From the NCBI GenBank assembly GCA_023213395.1, contig CM041465.1, forward strand, positions 71,679,741 through 71,743,740: DNA of 64,000 bases. Direction: 5' to 3'. Below are positions 57,500-64,000 of the stretch, in pieces. Position numbers and translations under genes: made by a program. Position 1 is the first letter of the stretch, and the number at the start of each line of letters is the position of its first letter. The DNA comes from Cycas panzhihuaensis. Its lineage: Eukaryota; Plantae; Cycadophyta. The notes beneath the pieces are model-generated. The model did no database searches. It had not been told where the DNA came from and was given only the letters and a program-made list of their open reading frames with translations.

Positions 57500-60400
57500 C
57501 ATATCTTACAAGTGTAGTGAGAAATCTAAGTCAACATTGGTTCCATTGCCTATGTCCACTGAGAAGGGATTGTGCCAAGAATTTTAGGAGAGTATGTTCA
57601 AAGGGCAAGGAACCCTAAATGTCATCATGATGGCAGCTAGGGGACCTTCCAATGCCACTTAAAAGGCCTTCAAATGTAGGGGAGCCACAAAAAGGTACTT
57701 CACCTAAGGGGAAAGAATCAACAAGATAAAAGGTACTATGATGGTCAAAGGAATCTAAATTAAGAAGGCCAAGAAGATTAAGCCTAAATAACGAGACTAA
57801 GGGACAGTCCGTTGAAGAATCTAAGACAAGTGGAGCCCAAACACCTCAAGAACAAGGAGAGGAAAGAAATGGGGAACAAATGGTACTAACACTTGTCTCA
57901 ATTAGATCTGACCTTATAAGCCCAAAAAAGGAGAAGAATTCAAAAGGGAATTTGGAACAAAGTGATATTACAAATAAAAAAGAAACCCTAAGGAAGGAAG
58001 AACATATAAATGTGGATGATACCCCGAAGGACTTAAGTGATAATGAGGAGTAATTGGAGGAAGGTCCCTCGGCATATTGGGAAAACAAGTTAACAAGACA
58101 GCTATTTGAAGGCTCACTGGACAAGGGGTCCTAGTAATCATATTCAGTGGTTATACCATTGATGGTACAAGTGCTCGGATTGCCTAACCCTATTCATTTA
58201 AAGACATCATTTCAAAACCCTCTATTTGGAAGAGATAATGTTGCACCAAGCACACTAAATACATCACCCAAACCAAGTAATGAGGAGAAGGGAACAAAAT
58301 CTTCAAAGGAATCAAACTCAGAGAGAAAGAAAGGTCAACATCACTAGGAGGGACACCGGCAAGTCACCAAGGATGGACAACTCAAGGGAATTTGGGAAGT
58401 TAATCTTCAATGATACATTTGATGTTGTGCAACATGCATGTCTATTTCAAAATTTGATTAATGTGAAAAAAATCATGGACGAGGAGGAGATAAAGGCAAG
58501 GTTTGCTTGTACATTGAGGGAAGTATCGTTGGCATGATACAAAGAAACAGACAAAGTAGAAACCTGGGCAAATATAAAAATGTTGTTTGAGGAAAGATTC
58601 CAAAAATTTTGTAGCAATGAGACTGTCGAAATCACCCTAAGGGAGATCAAACAAAGACCCGACGAATCAATATTAACGTATATCAATCGCATGAAGATAA
58701 TTGCCGCTAGTATGACCAATGAGATAGTGACAGACCATAATATGAAGAATTGCTTTGTTAGAGGTTTGAATGAAAAACTAAGATCCATGATGCACGCGCA
58801 ACCCCTAAAGTCTTTTAAAAATGCTCAGAAGTTGGCATTAGATTTTGGGGCCGAAATGGATGCCCAAGCCAGAGGGCATGATCTGTTATTGCTCAGATTA
58901 CAAGATGAAATAAGGAAAATAAAACAAAACCAACACAATTGACCCCTCTGCCAGATGGGAAAGTCAGAGGAAGAATCAAAAAATAAAGCCCTAAGGAAAG
59001 AAGTGGCAAGATTAAGGATGAAGAATAAGGAGGAAGAAGAAACCAAGAAAAAAAATGATCGGGAATTTAGAATTGCAAAATGGTGTCATATATGCGAGGA
59101 AAATTCGCATACAACAAAGGGGAGCGCACCAAAAACTTCAAAAAAGAAGCTACCAATGGGAAGGTGCTTAATTTGTCTACAATATGGCCATTAGAAATCT
59201 GATTGCCCAACGGAACAGGATTATGAGCACAAACCGTTCATGTGCAACAATTGTGGTCCAGTTGATCATAAAACTAAGGAGTGCAAGGGCAAAGCAAAAA
59301 CAACCAATCTAATGACGAACATCCGTGAAAATAGCAAAAATGTTAAATTACAAAACAAACAAAAGGGGAAAGAGGTAATAAGTGAAGATTACCCTAATCC
59401 TAAAGTGGAAGTAGATCGATTCAAACAAGCAAAACAAGTGCTAGAGAAACTGGCTTAACAAGAAACAAAAATAATGGCTTAACAAGAAACAAAAACAATA
59501 TTACCAATGGGTAAAATGAAGACAAAATATGTATATGTTAGGAAAAACAAACAAAAGGAGAAAATATCTTAGGAGCAGAAGGTGCAACCGTAGTTGGTTC
59601 AAATGGAAGAATTATTTAAAGGCTTACCAATGGAAGACATTCCTCGAATGTTGTTGTTGATCAAAAATCTAGTGAAACAATTACAGTTAACAATTCCCTT
59701 ATACTAAGTGACAGACTGAATTAAGGCAGGGATATTAAAGTAGCAAGAAATCACAAAAAGTCTAAAGAAGATAATGCCATCATTTGACTTGGATTCGATG
59801 GTTACAATTACAGTATTGGGAGAAAGATTTTCAAAGTGATTGTGGATGGAGGAGTAGCGGTGAATGTGTTGCCCACCACAACTTGGCAAAAATTGGGAAG
59901 TCCTAAGTTGGAAGCTGCAACATGCTCACTCAAGTTAGCAAATGAACTATTGGTGAGACCAGTTGGGAAGTTATCAAACATAAAAGTGGATGTGGGAAGA
60001 ATTGCAGTCTGAATTGACTTTACAATTGTAGAGATGGAGAAAGGAGCTATACCTTATCCAACATTGTTGGGATGATCGTGGTTGTACAAGACTCTATCTC
60101 CACAGTTGGAGGGATGTAACCTTCACATTGTTTGACGAAGGAAGTGAAGTGGTCCTCCTGATGTTGGGAAAAAAATTGATTCAGGTGATACCAAACAACG
60201 CCTCAAGACAACTATCGCAAGTGAAGAAACCGCATCTTCTTTTAACGAAAGCAATTTATATCACATGACAGAGGAGCTGACAAAGTTGATTAATTCTCAA
60301 GAGATGGAGTTGACTTATTTAGGGGAAATTTACAACTCTTCTGATGATGAGAGTATGACAAAGTTTGTGGATTATTGGTTGTAAGATGCATATGAAGTCA

Positions 60401-63400
60401 ATCCCCCATCCTATAGGTGTAACTTGCTTTCTCAGAATGTAACTAATGACATTGATATTAATTCTAAATCTTTTGATTATATGAGTGTTGATAATAACAT
60501 AAAAGTAGTGTAGGAAATGATGTTAGTATGATTCAAACTCTAGACCCAAATCCCAATACCCTTCATAAACTAAATCCCTACCCTAGTTCACCTTCTGATA
60601 ACCCCATTCCCCCTAACCCTAACCCTTCCTTTAACTTTGGTGTGGACCTTGACGTAGATCACCCTTCCCCATCCCTGTCTTAGCCCAAGGAAGGAAGTAA
60701 CGAACCTTCCTCATCTTCTTTAGAGGTACACCCACCCAACAAATGGTCCTTTTCAAATGCTGGCATTAAATCTAAGGAAGAAGAAGAAGAACCAATTGAA
60801 AGTATCCCTAAAGACTCAGGTCTAGGAAACAAAATTGCCATTCTAGAGGAGAGAAGTCATGAAATATACATTGGAGGTTATGTGAAGCCTTTTTATGGAG
60901 AGCAACTATACGAAACTACCCATTTAATACGTTATATAGAATATTGGTTGGGAGAAGGAATCATAAACAAGGTTCAATGAAAATTAGATTTTGTGTTAAC
61001 ACTGAAAGGGCTAGTGTGGTACTAGTACTTAGCCCACCAAGCCACTTTCAAGAATTGGAAAGATTTGCAAATCGCTTTTAGAACCCAATTTGATCCTCCC
61101 AAGCAATTAAACATTCCATTGTTTTATGTGGGAGATTGCGCAAGCAAGCATATCCAAAAATGTAAACAGGAATGAATATTTCAAAGCTTGCCTAGAAAAA
61201 CCTAGAGTAATCTTTTCTATCATACCCTAGGCCAAGTGGCAAAAAATTGGCTTATAGGAAAAGAACAAACCTTGGATGTGACATGGAGTAATCTTAAGAA
61301 ATCCTTCATAAAAACATTTTCACATACGTCAAACAACAAGAAAACTAACAGAGTACTTAAAGCAATTAGAGAACTAAGTATAACAATGGAGAAAAGAAAA
61401 ACAATATCATCGGTATGTAAAAAGGAAAGTAGAGAATCAAAGGATGATGAATAAAACCATAACTATCCCCCAGAGTTTACAGAGATTAACTATGGTGAAA
61501 GGAGGATTGAAGACATCCCCGCTCACCATGTTAGTGGACAAAACGCTATCGAAGTGACAAAATTGGAAACAACTGAAATTAATTTAGAAACAAAAGAAGA
61601 CCCAAAGAACATGCGAATCAAAAATTATTGGGATGATAAGACCATAGCATCAACTCAGCAATTGTTTGAAGAATTCTGCGATGTTTTTGCATGGTCCTAT
61701 AAGGATCTCAAAGGCATTCCTCTAGAAATAGGAATACATCATATTGATCTTATTGAGCAGGCCAAATCGGCAAAACAAAGATCTTATCGCATGAACTCGA
61801 AATACAAAGAAAAAGTAAAGGCTAAATTAGACAAAATGTTAGAAGCAGGATACATTTATGAAATTGACTATAGTGATTGGGTGAGCCCAGTGGTGGTAGT
61901 CCCAAAAAAGAATGGGAAGATATGAGTATGTGTGGACTATAGACAACTGAATAGAGTAACAAAAAAGGATCCCTTTCCACTATCATTAACGAAGGATGTT
62001 TTGGAGATAGTAGGAGGGAACGAAATGTAGTCTTTCACAGATGGATTTAATGGATACAATCATGTTCAAATTGCCCTTGAAGACCAAGCGAAAATGACTT
62101 TTGTTACAGAATGGGGAACGTACGTGTATAGGGTAATGCCCTTTGGCCTTATCAATGCTCTAGCCACATTTTAGAGAATTGTTATAAACATTGTTCGCAA
62201 AATGATTGGGAACAAAGTGGCATTTTTTCTAGACAATTGGATGTTGTATGGATTCATAAAAAATCACATGGATAACCTGAGGGAGATGTTACAAACCTGT
62301 TAGGAAAACAAGCTCTGCTTAAATCCAAAAAAATGTATCTTTTTTATGCCTTTTAGGAACTTGCTAGGTTATATTGTGAGTCAGGAAGGATTATTAACAA
62401 ATCCAACTGAAGTTTCGGCAATCCTATATTTTCCAATACTAATTACAAGGAAGCAATTAAAAGGATTCCTAGGATTAACAGGATATTACAGAAAATTTAT
62501 TTAAGGATACACACATATATCAAGGCCTCTAGAAGAATTGTTGAAAAAAGACATAGATTGGGAATGGAACATCAAGTAGCAACATGTTTTTGAATCCTTG
62601 AAGAAAGCAATTTTATCTGAATCAATATAAAGATTCCCAAATTGGAAAAAAATCTTTCATGTGCACATCGATGCATCGCAATATGCCATTAGGTGTGTGT
62701 TAGCCCAACCAAGTGATAACAAGGTGGATCATCCTATTTATTTTGCAAGTTGAAAGTTGACAAAGGCCGAACAAAACTATATCGCAATAGGAAGAGAAGC
62801 ACTTAGAATGGTCTATGCATTGCAAAAATTTTGACATTACTTACTATCTAATCCGTTCATATTTTTCGTGGACCACCAAGCCCTTATGTATCTGATAAAC
62901 AAACCTATAATGAGAGGGCAAATTAGTAGATGGCCTATGTTATTCCAAGAGTTCTCATTTAAAATAACGGTGAAACTAGGGAGAGCTCATGTGATACCAA
63001 GCCAACTATCAAGGATTACCAACGAGGAAAAAGCCACAGGAGTTCCAATGATTTTTCAGACACAACACTATTCAGTGTATAAGCAGTTCCAACATAATGG
63101 TATGGGGGAATACCAAAATATCTGGAAACAAGTGAACTACCATCAGGGATGGATAGAATGGAACAAAGAAATTTTATACGAAAAGCTAAACCTTATCAAT
63201 TAATCAAAGGAGAATTATATAAACTATGACCAAATGAGGTATTACAACGTTGTGTGAAACTACATGAAATTGATTAAATCATGGCTCAAGCACATGAGGG
63301 AATAACAGGAGGTCATATGGGAAAAATGGTGACATGGAGGAAGGTCTTAACATCAGGATTCTAGTGGCCATCAATGTTCGAAGATGTGAAAAGATGGATA

Positions 63401-64000
63401 CAAAAATGTGACTATTGTCAGAGAGTAGGAAAACCTAATCGACAAGATTTCCAACCACTTAACCCTGTCCTACCTTTGACACCGTTCAAAAAATGGGCAC
63501 TTGACTTTATCAAACCAGCCACCCAACATTCTCAAGCTCATTTTATCTTAGTAGCAATAGATTATATGACAAAATAGGGAGAAGAACAACCACTCAGGAA
63601 AGTTGATTCAGAAAGCACAACCCAATTCTTAAACGAAGTGATTATAACACTAAGCGACCAAGGAGCTCATTTCTTAAATCAAATCATAGAAATACTAACA
63701 TCAACCTTCATGATCAATCATAAAAAATCTACACCATATTACCCAAGAGCTAATGAACAAGCAAAAAGTTCTAACAAAATCATAGAAAACTATTTACGGA
63801 AAATCTGTGATGTGGGAAGATAGATTAGGCTGAGAAGTTGCCCTCGGTATTATGGGCATTTATAACAACATATAAGAGATCAATTGGACAAACACCATTT
63901 CAGCTAGTGTACGAAATTGAGTCCATCATTCCAATCGAATTTGAAATTCCAAGTTTGAGGGTGGTTATGCAGTGTTGACTAGATGACTTCCACTCCTTAT
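57500..64000 (+). mobile_element. Decayed non-chromovirus Ty3/Gypsy (Athila-related, Phygy/Selgy-like) internal region, running off the window
   Basis: gag ~58350-59450 with zinc knuckles (CLICLQYGH*KSDC, CNNCGPVDHKTKEC), protease VIVDGGVAVNVLP ~59836, RT FAWSYKDLKGIP..WVSPVVVVPKKNGKI..VMPFGL, RNase H HIDASQYAI..VDHQAL, integrase H..H..CDYCQR and WALDFI, in Gypsy domain order. Confidence 0.93.

Overview
AT-rich land-plant nuclear DNA, possibly a non-flowering vascular plant (inference from the Gypsy lineage and a TE-filled intron). About 85% of the window is decayed LTR retrotransposons. Matching LTR pairs, tRNA-iMet primer-binding sites (PBS), polypurine tracts (PPT) and 5-bp target-site duplications (TSDs) resolve a nested structure. 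An old Copia (A, ~1465-9535) interrupts a probable LINE remnant and hosts a small non-autonomous element (B). A ~4.5-kb gag-only element (C, 10594-52209, TSD GAGGG) has been expanded to 41.6 kb by six insertions: D (containing E), G (containing H and I), and J. The only intact host gene is the last five exons of ARMC7 (minus strand, 52830-55100); its upstream intron apparently holds a Gypsy element running off the window. The top finding is in Copia J. Its PBS (TGGTATCAGAGCCA) is also the antisense of the M-A-L-I-P codons of an intronless BAT1-type amino-acid permease mRNA copy, which continues antisense to the apparent mRNA 5' end. This points to gene capture through tRNA-iMet mimicry at the PBS, either by a misdirected plus-strand transfer or by mRNA priming. 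A second captured fragment (RS domain of an SR-cyclophilin, CYP63/95-like) lies in element C. Other oddities: a near-perfect 3x544-bp tandem triplication of an RT segment, a mini-Copia with compressed pol, and a non-coding 5'UTR block shared by two different Copia families. All alignments were done by eye.
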